Virus record (IMG/VR): IMGVR_UViG_3300035181_000829
Coordinates: 26,232-90,231 of that record
Source of the DNA: a virus
Direction: 5' to 3' (one strand)
DNA length: 64,000 bases
Shown here: positions 1 to 9,296 of the stretch, piece after piece
Position numbering within the stretch: the first letter of the stretch is position 1
Layout of the letters: each line of letters begins with the position of its first letter
Notes under the pieces: model-generated
Told to the model about the DNA's origin: nothing
The model's input: the letters and a program-made list of their open reading frames with translations, nothing else
Databases searched by the model: none
Made by a program: the position numbers and the translations under genes

Positions 1-461
1 CCGACGAAGGCTTGCACGCCCTCCTCATCCGTGGCGACCTTCGAAACCATCTCGAACGATTCGTCGGTGGTGCCCTTCGCACGGGCGATCCAGTCGCCGT
101 CCGCGTTCTGCACGATTTCCACGTCCGCCGAATCCCATTCGGCTTCTGCAAGATAATCAAGCACGTCCGACTGGTCGGGGAAGTGCTCGCCATCGAACAG
201 CATCTTTGCCATGACCGTCTCGGTCTTCTGAACAAAATCGGCTTTCTTGCCAGTGGCGACGACCTTGTGGGCCTTCGCCTCGGTCACCGCCGCGCCGGGG
301 GCGGAACGTTTCTTGATCGCCATGTCTTTTAGTCCCTTTGTTGATTTCACTTGCTTGAAGGGGGTTTCGTTTGCCCCGCGATCCACGAGAGAAACGTAGC
401 TGGTCTGCGCTCCGTGCAGGATACTCGCATTACGCTTCGTGTGCTTGATTACAGCTTTCAT
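1..461 (-). CDS. Head assembly/scaffold-like protein, runs off the window; possible internal start at 324
   Basis: Manual translation from ATG 461 is open to the window edge (MKAVIKHTKRNASILHGAQTSYVSLVDRGANETPF...). VSLVDxxAN is a prohead-protease-associated motif. A second RBS-like AAGGGA precedes ATG 324 (MAIKKRS). Confidence 0.65.
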   Translation of the reverse strand, partial: MKAVIKHTKRNASILHGAQTSYVSLVDRGANETPFKQVKSTKGLKDMAIKKRSAPGAAVTEAKAHKVVATGKKADFVQKTETVMAKMLFDGEHFPDQSDVLDYLAEAEWDSADVEIVQNADGDWIARAKGTTDESFEMVSKVATDEEGVQAFV

Positions 462-464
462 CGC

Positions 465-1094
465 TCATCTCATGTTGTAGCGGTGCGTTTTACCCGCGAC
501 CGGATCGGTGACACTTGTCTTTGAGATGGTATGAGCCGGGGAACCATCAGAGCCGAGGCCGGTCTTGCCCCACTGAATTTCACCGTTGTTGTCCATACGG
601 ACTAGAAATGGATGAACATGTTTATCATAGGAATCAGGTTCCGTAAAGCCATAATACCACGAAGCGTATTCAATGGTAACATCGGCCTTTTCCCGGTAGG
701 TCATAATCTCGAAGCTGTATCCGTTGAGCTTCCCGTCCTTGACCTGTTTCCATACGTCTTTGTCGTTGATCTTGGTCGCCGCAACCCATGAACCTTCGCG
801 GAAATCGGGATCACCTTTGCGGGCGATGAAGCTTTCAACGATGACCGCATCCACGAGTTCGTTGTCGTGCTGCACATCGATACTGGTGAGAAGCCCATCG
901 GCCATGAAGCGGTGCGCCGTCTTGCGCAGTTCACTCGCAGTCATGAAGTGACCGTGGGCGTCTATCACATCGGGGGCATAGACCTCACCAAGAACGATCT
1001 GTTCATCCCGCAGAACCTTTTCGATCTTGTAATGCGCGGTAGCCTTGACAATGCTGGGGGCGTGACGCAGCAATTCGCGAATTGTCTTAACCAT
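465..1094 (-). CDS. Prohead serine protease, XkdF-like
   Basis: EQIVLGEVYAPDVIDAHGHFMT...IDVQHD...VESFIA...GSWV...W.QVKDGKLNGYS matches the XkdF family pattern. GGAGG RBS before ATG 1094. Follows the portal gene. Confidence 0.85.
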   Translation of the reverse strand: MVKTIRELLRHAPSIVKATAHYKIEKVLRDEQIVLGEVYAPDVIDAHGHFMTASELRKTAHRFMADGLLTSIDVQHDNELVDAVIVESFIARKGDPDFREGSWVAATKINDKDVWKQVKDGKLNGYSFEIMTYREKADVTIEYASWYYGFTEPDSYDKHVHPFLVRMDNNGEIQWGKTGLGSDGSPAHTISKTSVTDPVAGKTHRYNMR

Positions 1095-2898
1095 CGATGA
1101 CCTCCGAATCACTTGCAATCGATTGCAGCCGCTTTGCTTCAATCTGTTCAGCCATCTTTAGCATAGCGGCTTCGCTCAGTCTACGCAACATTTTCGTAAC
1201 CGGGGAAACACCATCTTCTTCCGAGCCGGGAGGCGTGACCTCTGTCTCTTGCGGCATCACATCGGTTAGTTGCTGCACAATATCGGTAAGGCCGGGGACT
1301 TGACCGCCCGCCATGATTGCCGTCATACTGCTTTGGAACGGCACGTCGCCCCATTCTTCCTCGATGGGCTGAATGTCCGCGTCAAGATAACGGTTGGCAA
1401 TCTTGATAGCGATGTTCGGGGTAATGGCCCCTTCCGCGCCAAGGGTGGCAACAAGGCGGGAGACTTCGGCAGGGTCCGACAGGCCGGGGCCTGCCGACCG
1501 CAAACGCCAGAAGCGGAAGTTGTGGCTTGCCAACACAAGCTGATCGAACATTTCATCCCATGCAATACGTTCGGGAATGAAAATCTGCTGGTCAGCGGTC
1601 AGCATTGATGCGAAGGCCGATGCGCGGTTATACTCGGATGCGCTGCCAATGTAGATCGGCGGAAGTCGGAAGGATGACCGGCCCTTGCGTTCTGCATCGC
1701 CGACATAGTTTTGAAACAGTCCCTCATGTTGGCGTTCAGACAGCATCGGCTTAATGTCAACCTTGGGGGCTGGCAGTGATCCATCGATTGCAGCGGCATC
1801 GGCACCCTCGGAAGTCGCTTCGAGCACCACGATCCTGTTCATGGAGGCTTGCCCGCGCACGCCAAGGATATATTGCTCAATCTTGTCGTAGCTTTCTTCG
1901 GTAAGCGCGCCCCCGGAGACGAGCACGGCCATTGCCGGGATTGCGTTGTCGCGGAAGAAGCCAAGGTTGACCATTTCTGCTTCCCGCGCACCGAGAAGGG
2001 CCGGGATTGCGCCCGCCCAGCGTGGAACGCCAACCGGAATGCCGGGAGAGTAGTGTCCATCGTAGAAAATGGACGTGGCTTCTTCCTCAATGGTCAGGTC
2101 TTCGTTGACTACTCCGCTGGTGGGATCAATGATGCGAGGGTCGCCAAATTCCTTGAACCATGTGCGCCGCCCGTATTCATCGATCTGTATGAAGCGACGG
2201 AAACGCCGGGTGAACGTCACCTTTTGACGAAGCACCGGGTCGAACATGGTTACCTCGGTCGCTTCGCGGTCCTTCATGGTCATCCGCATCGTGATCATGG
2301 GAACGTGCTCGAAGCTGACTACACGGCCAGCCGCATCCTCGATTACTTCAAAGCAACGTGCGCCGAGCACTTCCTTGTCGATGCGGCTTTCCTCACGGTG
2401 TTTTCGCAGGGTGCGGCCATCTGTCGTGATGGTTCCGAGTAGCCGCATGATGCGCTGGCGTTCGTTCTGTGCCGCGCGGCCCATCTCTTGTCCATCCGGC
2501 CCGCAGTATTCGAGACGCAGGCCGTAGCTCTCGATGTTGGTCACATAGGAATCGACACATTGGCGCAGAATGGTCGAAGCGTTGTAAATCTTGATCAGGT
2601 CACGGTAAGGGAACAGTGGAACAACGATCCGCATGGCATTGGACCGGAACACGTCGATACCTAGCGAGTTGCCGTCAACGTTGTCGTAACCGAGAAGGTT
2701 GAAGTCATCATGGAAAAGGCCGTAGATGCCTTTCTTCATGTTTTCCATGCTGGTGAGGCCGGAAAGGGCGGAAGTATAGCCCACCTCGGACTGGCCGGGG
2801 ATTCCGCCTTCAACAATCCCCGTGCCGCTTTTCTTGCTGTTTGCCGCCGCTTTGGTAGTGGAAGGCGTATTGATTTTGCGGACAAGCCTGCGCGCCAT
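1087..2898 (-). CDS. Portal protein
   Basis: About 600 aa with GVPRW...NLGFFRDNAIPAMAVLVSGG, FRLPPIYIG and YNRASA motifs typical of PBSX-like portals. AAGGAG RBS before ATG 2898. Lies between terminase and protease. Confidence 0.88.
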   Translation of the reverse strand: MARRLVRKINTPSTTKAAANSKKSGTGIVEGGIPGQSEVGYTSALSGLTSMENMKKGIYGLFHDDFNLLGYDNVDGNSLGIDVFRSNAMRIVVPLFPYRDLIKIYNASTILRQCVDSYVTNIESYGLRLEYCGPDGQEMGRAAQNERQRIMRLLGTITTDGRTLRKHREESRIDKEVLGARCFEVIEDAAGRVVSFEHVPMITMRMTMKDREATEVTMFDPVLRQKVTFTRRFRRFIQIDEYGRRTWFKEFGDPRIIDPTSGVVNEDLTIEEEATSIFYDGHYSPGIPVGVPRWAGAIPALLGAREAEMVNLGFFRDNAIPAMAVLVSGGALTEESYDKIEQYILGVRGQASMNRIVVLEATSEGADAAAIDGSLPAPKVDIKPMLSERQHEGLFQNYVGDAERKGRSSFRLPPIYIGSASEYNRASAFASMLTADQQIFIPERIAWDEMFDQLVLASHNFRFWRLRSAGPGLSDPAEVSRLVATLGAEGAITPNIAIKIANRYLDADIQPIEEEWGDVPFQSSMTAIMAGGQVPGLTDIVQQLTDVMPQETEVTPPGSEEDGVSPVTKMLRRLSEAAMLKMAEQIEAKRLQSIASDSEVIDG

Positions 2899-2927
2899 AT
2901 CTGCTAACTCCTTTTGGATTAGCAGCA

Positions 2928-2972
2928 ACTATACTCCACAACTTTTTTTGGCACAAGCTACAATCGATTGCA
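2928..2972 (-). promoter_or_regulatory. Sigma70-like promoter for portal, with palindrome just upstream of the -35
   Basis: TTGTGC(2956-2951)-N17-TATAGT(2933-2928); TACAATCGATTGCA at 2959-2972. Confidence 0.55.
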
Positions 2973-2974
2973 GG

Positions 2975-3463
2975 CTATTTCTTGAGGATGAACCTGCGTT
3001 TCTTCTTGATAACTAGCTTCTTTGGGGCGGGTGGTGGTGGTGGTATACGCAGTATGTATGGCTTGTTCACGTGTTCCTTGAGGAACGGCTTAATACCCCA
3101 CAGGAACGGCTGCGAGTATTGTAGGCCCGCGTTCATAATCTTTTCTTCGGTAGTCTGTGCGAAGATATGGCTCTGCAACTGTTCGTAGGTCGGACGCGAA
3201 ATTAACATCTGACCGTCATAGGTCTTGGCTAGTAGCGTGTTGAAGAAGTAGAAGAATACCTTCTCTTGAATCGTCATCGTTTTGATCCAACGCGGCTCGT
3301 GCATCTTATAGGCAAGTTGCATGAGGTTTGCAGGAGAGGCGTCGAAGCCAGCGTAACGCACCATACCCCCGATCAGACTATGCTGTAGCAGCATTGTCCA
3401 ATGCTGGCCGAACATTTTGTTAAGCCGCTCACTGTCGTTTAGGCGTCTTACAATTGCCATCAT
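2975..3463 (-). CDS. Hypothetical protein with Pro-rich linker and basic tail
   Basis: ORF with AAGGA RBS; ends PPPPPAPKKLVIKKKRRFILKK. Confidence 0.7.
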   Translation of the reverse strand: MMAIVRRLNDSERLNKMFGQHWTMLLQHSLIGGMVRYAGFDASPANLMQLAYKMHEPRWIKTMTIQEKVFFYFFNTLLAKTYDGQMLISRPTYEQLQSHIFAQTTEEKIMNAGLQYSQPFLWGIKPFLKEHVNKPYILRIPPPPPAPKKLVIKKKRRFILKK

Positions 3464-3885
3464 TACTTCCTTAGCGAATGCCAATCGGCGAAGCGGTTAT
3501 CCCAGATCAGCCGTGCATCAGGATCGGGGTTGAGAAGTCCATCGCGGATTTCCTCGAACAACATCTGGCAGCGGGCATTGGCTGACTCGAAATCCCCGGC
3601 GTTCCACTGGTAACCGTGATTCAGCGGCTCCAACAGGCGTCCGCGCAGAGTGGTTACGGCAACGGCTGTGTCATTGATGGCGCCCTGTGTGTAATTGCTG
3701 TTGAATTTGGGGTCCAGCGCCCACACGGTCATTTCGTGTGTATCGCCTTTGAAGTAGACGGGGGCCGGTGGCACACCCGGAACGTCACGAAGTTCAACAA
3801 GAAAAATGGCATACCAAGACCAGAACGGGTTCGCTGCAATCGATTGCACGACCCAAGTGCCGCTTTGAAGTGGCGTATCATCCAT
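3463..3885 (-). CDS. Hypothetical protein
   Basis: TAAGGAG RBS before ATG 3885; packed between neighbours. Confidence 0.7.
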   Translation of the reverse strand: MDDTPLQSGTWVVQSIAANPFWSWYAIFLVELRDVPGVPPAPVYFKGDTHEMTVWALDPKFNSNYTQGAINDTAVAVTTLRGRLLEPLNHGYQWNAGDFESANARCQMLFEEIRDGLLNPDPDARLIWDNRFADWHSLRK

Positions 3886-3895
3886 AGTATGCTCC

Positions 3896-4324
3896 TTATT
3901 TTTTACGACCAAAGAAGGGATCGTTCCCGAGGCGAAAGGCCCATAGTGGGCAGTCGGTGGCTAGGCATTCAGCCACAAGTTTGCGCGAGCCGGTGCATAC
4001 GATGCACATGGCGGTGATAGCAGTGCCGCGATTGCGCACGCGCACCCTGTAGCGAAGTTCGGTAGGGTTGTTCTTGTCGTATGGCGTCCGCATTGCGATA
4101 ACGCGATCCTTTGCAGTAAGCGCGCTGTCGATGCTCTTGTCCCCGCACGCTTCCGCGACAAGTATCGTTCGGCGAATACTAGTTGCATCGGGGTTGTCAC
4201 CGTAAACCGCTTCGATAAGGCTTTCTTCGGGCAGAGGCTTCTTATCCGCCGCGACGATGACAAGTGGTTTGCGTTCCTCGGTGGGGACGTATGCTCCGAT
4301 TTCGCTTCGTCTTTTAATTGCCAT
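3896..4324 (-). CDS. Cys4 (putative Zn-binding) protein, paralog A
   Basis: C-terminal AITAMCIVCTG...ECLATDCPLWAFRLG. Confidence 0.75.
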   Translation of the reverse strand: MAIKRRSEIGAYVPTEERKPLVIVAADKKPLPEESLIEAVYGDNPDATSIRRTILVAEACGDKSIDSALTAKDRVIAMRTPYDKNNPTELRYRVRVRNRGTAITAMCIVCTGSRKLVAECLATDCPLWAFRLGNDPFFGRKK

Positions 4325-4326
4325 GC

Positions 4327-4830
4327 TTATTCCTCCGTATCCGCATCATCGCCGTCGCCGCCGTCATCGAACAACGCATCGTCCTCGTCCGTTTCGAAAA
4401 CGATTTCGACCTTCGGTAGCTCGAACCCACGAAGCGGGTCTTTGCCCATGCGGAATGGGTGCAGAGGGCAGGTGATGCTGTTGCACTCCCTGACCCCAAT
4501 CATTTCGCCTTGGCAATCCATGCAGTAAGCCCGGATAGCCGTAGCACGATTCCTGATCCGCGCCCGCGACTGGTTGACGACAACGTTGTCGCCGCTAGGT
4601 CTGCGGATATGCGCTAGCAGTTCTGACTTCGGCAAGGATTTTGGATTTGCCCCGTGCCAGTCAAGACGTTGTTGCAGGTATATTACCCGTTCACCAAGCT
4701 TTATTGCACGAATGCCCGTCGCTTCATCCGCGCGGACTTCGCACAATGCGCATTCTTCTTCCAGCAGTTTTCGCGCTTGGACGCTTTCTGCGGATAAGCT
4801 TCCTTGATACTTTGGGGGTATGCTGACCAT
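4327..4830 (-). CDS. Cys4 (putative Zn-binding) protein, paralog B, with acidic tail
   Basis: AIRAYCMDCQG...ECNSITCPLHPFRMG; GAGGA RBS before ATG 4830. Confidence 0.75.
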   Translation of the reverse strand: MVSIPPKYQGSLSAESVQARKLLEEECALCEVRADEATGIRAIKLGERVIYLQQRLDWHGANPKSLPKSELLAHIRRPSGDNVVVNQSRARIRNRATAIRAYCMDCQGEMIGVRECNSITCPLHPFRMGKDPLRGFELPKVEIVFETDEDDALFDDGGDGDDADTEE

Positions 4831-5293
4831 AGTCCTCTCCGACAACGAGTTTAAGCATGGACGTGATGTTGGGGCGCTCTGTAACGTGGTGCCCCGTGCC
4901 TGCCGCGAGGTCAATCGCGGTTACGGTATACCAGTGGCAAAACTCTGGATCGAGTTTCTTGAAGTTGTCCCGAAGAAACTTGGCTAGGCCATCGAAAGCG
5001 CCGTCCGACATGATGACGTAAGCCGGGTATTTCTCGTAGAGGATCGAGGCTAAAACATAGAGTTCTGTGGCCTGCTTGAAGCATCCGTCCATGAACTCCC
5101 ACGAATGCTTGGACTCTGCTTTCGCTACAATCGATTGCAAGCGCGCGAGCATGTTCGCATGAAACAGATCGAAGTATTCCTCGGCGTTTTCTTGCGAACC
5201 TTTTCCGGCTTCAAGAATCTTCCCCATACGAACGATAGGATCGACCGGCTTCGGTCGCTTCTTAACGACGATAATTCTACGTTTGATTGGCAA
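4724..5293 (-). CDS. Hypothetical protein with weak resemblance to a DNA-ligase N-terminal helical element
   Basis: YVLASILYE...IMSDGAFDGL recalls the Y-x(5)-I/MSDxxF/YD element; TTG start. Confidence 0.6.
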   Translation of the reverse strand: MPIKRRIIVVKKRPKPVDPIVRMGKILEAGKGSQENAEEYFDLFHANMLARLQSIVAKAESKHSWEFMDGCFKQATELYVLASILYEKYPAYVIMSDGAFDGLAKFLRDNFKKLDPEFCHWYTVTAIDLAAGTGHHVTERPNITSMLKLVVGEDYGQHTPKVSRKLIRRKRPSAKTAGRRMRIVRSPRG

Positions 5294-5353
5294 GGCTGGA
5301 CCCGTTGGCTGTTAGGGCTAGATTACCCGATTTACCCTACGCAGTCAAGGCGT

Positions 5354-7450
5354 TTAAGCGCGTCTTACTGGCAGTCGTGAGACAGATTTACGTTCAGATA
5401 CGCTACGACGACCCCGGCGACGTATTAGGTAGTCCAAGTCATCGGCAGTTAGATTTTCTAGTTTCACATTGCCAATACTAGTTCTGTTACCGTGTAGCAT
5501 AAGCCCACGATCACCCTTGTATTTCGGTTGAGTGGTCCACGTAGCGCGGCGCGTAAGCAGGTAAGAGGCTACGCCACACACGGCATCGGCAATATCCTTC
5601 GAGCCGCGCGGCTTGTGGTCGATCTTTTCCTTTGATCCGTTCCGAACATACTCAAGTTCGGTCAGTTCCTTAATCAAGTGCTGGTTCCGCAGAAGCATAA
5701 CTCGTTCTTCATACAGTGCATCGCGAAACGTCTTGTAAGGTTGCGTCGTCCTGTCAAGGGACAGATATTCCGTAGCAAAACCTTTAGCGGCGAGTGTCTG
5801 CCGGAAATCTACCGACTGAAAGCCATCTGTCGTTACCACCTTGATTGGCAGTTGGTGTTCATCCCGCAGCCGATAAATGATTTCACGTATTTTGCTAAAC
5901 TCGATTTCACCGTCACGCGGCGGCAGCACACGGAGAATCAAGTCGTAGCCAATGACAGGCAAAACTTCTACCGTGCTTATGCCGCTGTCGGGATGCTTAC
6001 GCTCAATAGTCCTCATACCTGCAATGTGGCCGATAGCTATGCCCGCGCTGTCTCTGGTAACGGCAAGGTCAACGTGGCATACACGCATCGTCTTAATGTC
6101 ACGACGCACCCTGCTATCATCGATTGTAGGAATCGATATTTCAAGGTCGATATACTCATTGTCAATGACAGACTGATAGCCATACTGGTCTGCCAACGTC
6201 ATACACGAGAATAGGCTTTCACGGTTTTGGATGAACGGGTGAGTAGCTAGGGTAGTGATGCCCGCGAAGTCTCGAACGCAACCATCAATGTCCTTCTCAA
6301 ATTCGCTGCGGAAATCTTCTGGCACCGAAATAACCGTGCTGCTTTCCAACATGGACGCAGGGATGACTTCATTGTCATGCAGTATGCGCGACCGCATCCG
6401 TTCATCGCCGACTAACACTCGGAACGATTTGTCCATATACTTGTCCCGCCCCTTCGAATCCCAGAGGGATCGAGAGAACACGTAAATCTCTGGATCGTCG
6501 CCACCATACATGGCAGCTTCCTTAGCCTTTTCTTCTGTGAAGTCGTCGGGGTAGCGGGACGATGACACAAGGAACAGTGTGCCGGGCAACTTACCTTTGT
6601 GCATGAAGCGTGAGCGGCGGCGTTTCGACAATGTGAGGTATAGTGCCTTGGCTTGGTCATACTCGCCCTTTTCATCCGCGCTGCTGTTCTTAGACTTAAT
6701 CACTTTCTGCATGAAGTTTACTTCGTCAAGCAGGCCACCGATCACGTTCATGGAGATAGCGCCAGTATCCGCCGATGATACGGGCATGATGGTGATATTG
6801 TGCTCATGGAACAGCATCTTTGATGTGATGCGGTGATCATAAGGGAAAATCTCGCGAAAGAACGGGCTTGAGTTCAAGAACTTGCCAAATTCTTCGAACA
6901 CCGCATTCTTTGCAGTAGAAAGACGCACAGACTGAATGGTGAACACGATGGAGGAATGCTGTTGAATGCCGAAGGTCTGTTGCGGATTCCGCATACATGA
7001 CAGCTTGTAAATCTGTCGAGCCATGCCAAGGTTAGCGATGGTAGTCTTACCGCCGCCGATGGCACCTTTCAGGATGGCTTCGACATATTTCTCTGTATCG
7101 ATTTCACGCAAGGCTTCAATTACGCCGGGATAGATTTCGCGCTCATCAAGACCAAAGTAGGTGTCACCGAAAAGGAACTCGTCAAGCGGAACGACACCGC
7201 GACGATAACGGGTAAGCTCCAATATATGCTCAAGGTCGCCGTCCTTGGCGACCTCGGTGAGTGCGAATTGGAATTGATCCCGTAGTAGTTTATCGGGTAG
7301 CGAATTTACCTCGCTTGCAATCGCTTGTAGCGTATCCCGAAGCGCAATTTCCCGCGTAAGGTCTTCGTCGGGTATGGAAGCCGCCCGAATAAGCTTAGGC
7401 TTTTTTCGGACGATAATTTTGCGCGATGGCTTGACAAGTTTGCTAACCAC
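5354..7450 (-). CDS. terL: Terminase large subunit
   Basis: Walker A GAIGGGKTT, Walker B LLDEVN, coupling motif SSS, RNase H-like nuclease HVDLAVTRDSAG...TDGFQS...KIDH..GSKDIADA. Confidence 0.92.
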   Translation of the reverse strand: MVSKLVKPSRKIIVRKKPKLIRAASIPDEDLTREIALRDTLQAIASEVNSLPDKLLRDQFQFALTEVAKDGDLEHILELTRYRRGVVPLDEFLFGDTYFGLDEREIYPGVIEALREIDTEKYVEAILKGAIGGGKTTIANLGMARQIYKLSCMRNPQQTFGIQQHSSIVFTIQSVRLSTAKNAVFEEFGKFLNSSPFFREIFPYDHRITSKMLFHEHNITIMPVSSADTGAISMNVIGGLLDEVNFMQKVIKSKNSSADEKGEYDQAKALYLTLSKRRRSRFMHKGKLPGTLFLVSSSRYPDDFTEEKAKEAAMYGGDDPEIYVFSRSLWDSKGRDKYMDKSFRVLVGDERMRSRILHDNEVIPASMLESSTVISVPEDFRSEFEKDIDGCVRDFAGITTLATHPFIQNRESLFSCMTLADQYGYQSVIDNEYIDLEISIPTIDDSRVRRDIKTMRVCHVDLAVTRDSAGIAIGHIAGMRTIERKHPDSGISTVEVLPVIGYDLILRVLPPRDGEIEFSKIREIIYRLRDEHQLPIKVVTTDGFQSVDFRQTLAAKGFATEYLSLDRTTQPYKTFRDALYEERVMLLRNQHLIKELTELEYVRNGSKEKIDHKPRGSKDIADAVCGVASYLLTRRATWTTQPKYKGDRGLMLHGNRTSIGNVKLENLTADDLDYLIRRRGRRSVSERKSVSRLPVRRA

Positions 7451-8072
7451 CGTGGACCTCTACGAGATTGCTCACTAGCATGGCGAGGGTGTTACGCTGT
7501 TGTTCATCCTGCTTGATCCCGCGAAGGTCTTCCTTGACACTTTCGCTGTAGCCGTGCAGGTTCACGTCCATTGCTCCATTCATGCGTCCGCGCAGCTTGG
7601 CGAGGGCGATCAATAGTTCACGCAACTGTTCGACTTCCTTTCCGCCGGTCGCCAGCAACGCCCCTACTTGACGTTCGTTGTTGAAGTTGATGCCGATGCG
7701 GGCCTTCTGCAACGCAACGAGACGAAGTAGTTCTGTTTCCTCGTCCATGACGATGCCGTTGCCATCAAACAAGTGATCGAAGCCGGGCATTTCGTCATCT
7801 TGGTGCTCTTGTGGGCGGCACTGCGCTGGATTCTTGGCGCGGAAGTATTGCAGATAGGCCACTAGTGTCTTCTGGTTGACGTTTGCGTAGCCTCGTTGAA
7901 TGCAAAACTCCGCTATCTTGCTGTTAGGCTGGCCTTGACGTATCGCCTTGATGATAATCGGATAGAACGGGTTCTCATTGATGAAGCGGACGGCTGTCCG
8001 AGCTTCACGTTCAGATGCCGTCTCTTGCTGCTGTCCCGCTATCTTGATACGCCGAAGGATTTTCTTTGCCAT
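7443..8072 (-). CDS. Probable terminase small subunit
   Basis: Overlaps the TerL start; N-terminal HTH-like segment followed by helical region. Confidence 0.55.
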   Translation of the reverse strand: MAKKILRRIKIAGQQQETASEREARTAVRFINENPFYPIIIKAIRQGQPNSKIAEFCIQRGYANVNQKTLVAYLQYFRAKNPAQCRPQEHQDDEMPGFDHLFDGNGIVMDEETELLRLVALQKARIGINFNNERQVGALLATGGKEVEQLRELLIALAKLRGRMNGAMDVNLHGYSESVKEDLRGIKQDEQQRNTLAMLVSNLVEVHGG

Positions 8073-8077
8073 GTCTG

Positions 8078-8944
8078 TTACTTCGTCTTGCTACGGCTTA
8101 CCGTGCGTTTCTTCGCGGTGACGGTAGGGGCGGCGGGTTTCTTCGCATTTGCCGACGCTACAATCGATTGCAAGTCGGCGGCGGCGACCATCGCTTCCAT
8201 GATCTTGGTGTATGGAACGTCTGCCGCGTCCGCCATCTTGATCACTTCTTTCAGCTTCACATTGGTCGCTTCATCAATCTGGAAATAGTGGTGCTCTTTA
8301 CCGCCGAACGAGAACACCATGTATCCACGGTCGAGCTGACTTCCGCTTTCCTTGAAGATGCGGTTCAGCACAGATGACAGGTCGTCAACCGACTTGATCG
8401 TTTCCTTCGCCTCGTCCAACTTCTTGCGCTGCGCGGGCGTCATGTTGGCCTTTGCCGATTCGATCAAAACCTCGAAACGTTTGGAGTCATGGAAGCCCAT
8501 CTCGCGCTGCACCGTCTTGGGGTCACTGCCTTTTACAAGCTGACTATACAGCTTGACCAGTTTTGCCTTGTCGGTCACGTCGCCGCGAAGAACGTTCCGC
8601 TTGGTCAACGCGAGCTTCTTTTCACGGTCGGTCCAGTTCTTTAGGATAACCGGAACCTCGTGGTATCCGAGAACCTTCGCCGCTTTCAAGCGGTGGTGCC
8701 CGGAACCGATTTCATACCAGCCTTTCTTGCCGGGGGCTTCGCGAGCGAGGATCGGTTCATCGAACCCTTGCTCGCGGATTTCTTCCACAAGCGCGTCAAA
8801 CACTGTTTCCGACATGACGTTGGGGTTGTCCTCGTCGGGGATCAACCTATCAACCGAAATGTAGACAATATTCGGCTTCGTTTTGTCATCTGTTGCCTCC
8901 TGCACGGGGGCGGGCGTAATGGCAGCGCGCTTACGGATGGGCAT
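8078..8944 (-). CDS. ParB/Srx N-terminal domain protein
   Basis: NPNVMS...LVEEIREQGFDEPIL...EIGSGHHRLKAAKVLG..EVPV is the ParB-N GxxR box. Confidence 0.88.
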   Translation of the reverse strand: MPIRKRAAITPAPVQEATDDKTKPNIVYISVDRLIPDEDNPNVMSETVFDALVEEIREQGFDEPILAREAPGKKGWYEIGSGHHRLKAAKVLGYHEVPVILKNWTDREKKLALTKRNVLRGDVTDKAKLVKLYSQLVKGSDPKTVQREMGFHDSKRFEVLIESAKANMTPAQRKKLDEAKETIKSVDDLSSVLNRIFKESGSQLDRGYMVFSFGGKEHHYFQIDEATNVKLKEVIKMADAADVPYTKIMEAMVAAADLQSIVASANAKKPAAPTVTAKKRTVSRSKTK

Positions 8945-8947
8945 GGG

Positions 8948-9295
8948 TTATGTCCTGTTTTTGGTGAGGCGTTGATACAGATCGGGGTAGAGCCGCGCCA
9001 ATTGCTCGTTGCTAAGGCGCGTGAACGTGTTCGATTGACAACGACAATACCAGTCTCCGGGGTAAAGGTAAACCTCCCCGAATGCAGCGGGCGCGGCGAG
9101 ACCGTAGGTGAATGGCGGCTTGTCACCTTTTCGATGTTGCCGAAACCCTCTTGGCAGAGTGTAGGGCTGTATCTTCTTGCCGGTAGCCCACTCCACAAGC
9201 TTCTGGTCATTGGCCCCCGTGTATTGCATTGCATCGACCGGATTCAGCAATGCAACAGGCTTGCGTGACTCTGGCATATAGTCATTGTAGGACAT
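8948..9295 (-). CDS. Hypothetical protein
   Basis: Tightly packed ORF (VDAMQYTG...PGDWY). Confidence 0.65.
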   Translation of the reverse strand: MSYNDYMPESRKPVALLNPVDAMQYTGANDQKLVEWATGKKIQPYTLPRGFRQHRKGDKPPFTYGLAAPAAFGEVYLYPGDWYCRCQSNTFTRLSNEQLARLYPDLYQRLTKNRT

Positions 9296-9296
9296 T

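Noticed and set aside
8078-8944. Classical ParABS partition system with the palindrome as parS
   Set aside because: No ParA in the window, no clear ParB HTH, and sites are dispersed rather than clustered; kept only as one candidate binder
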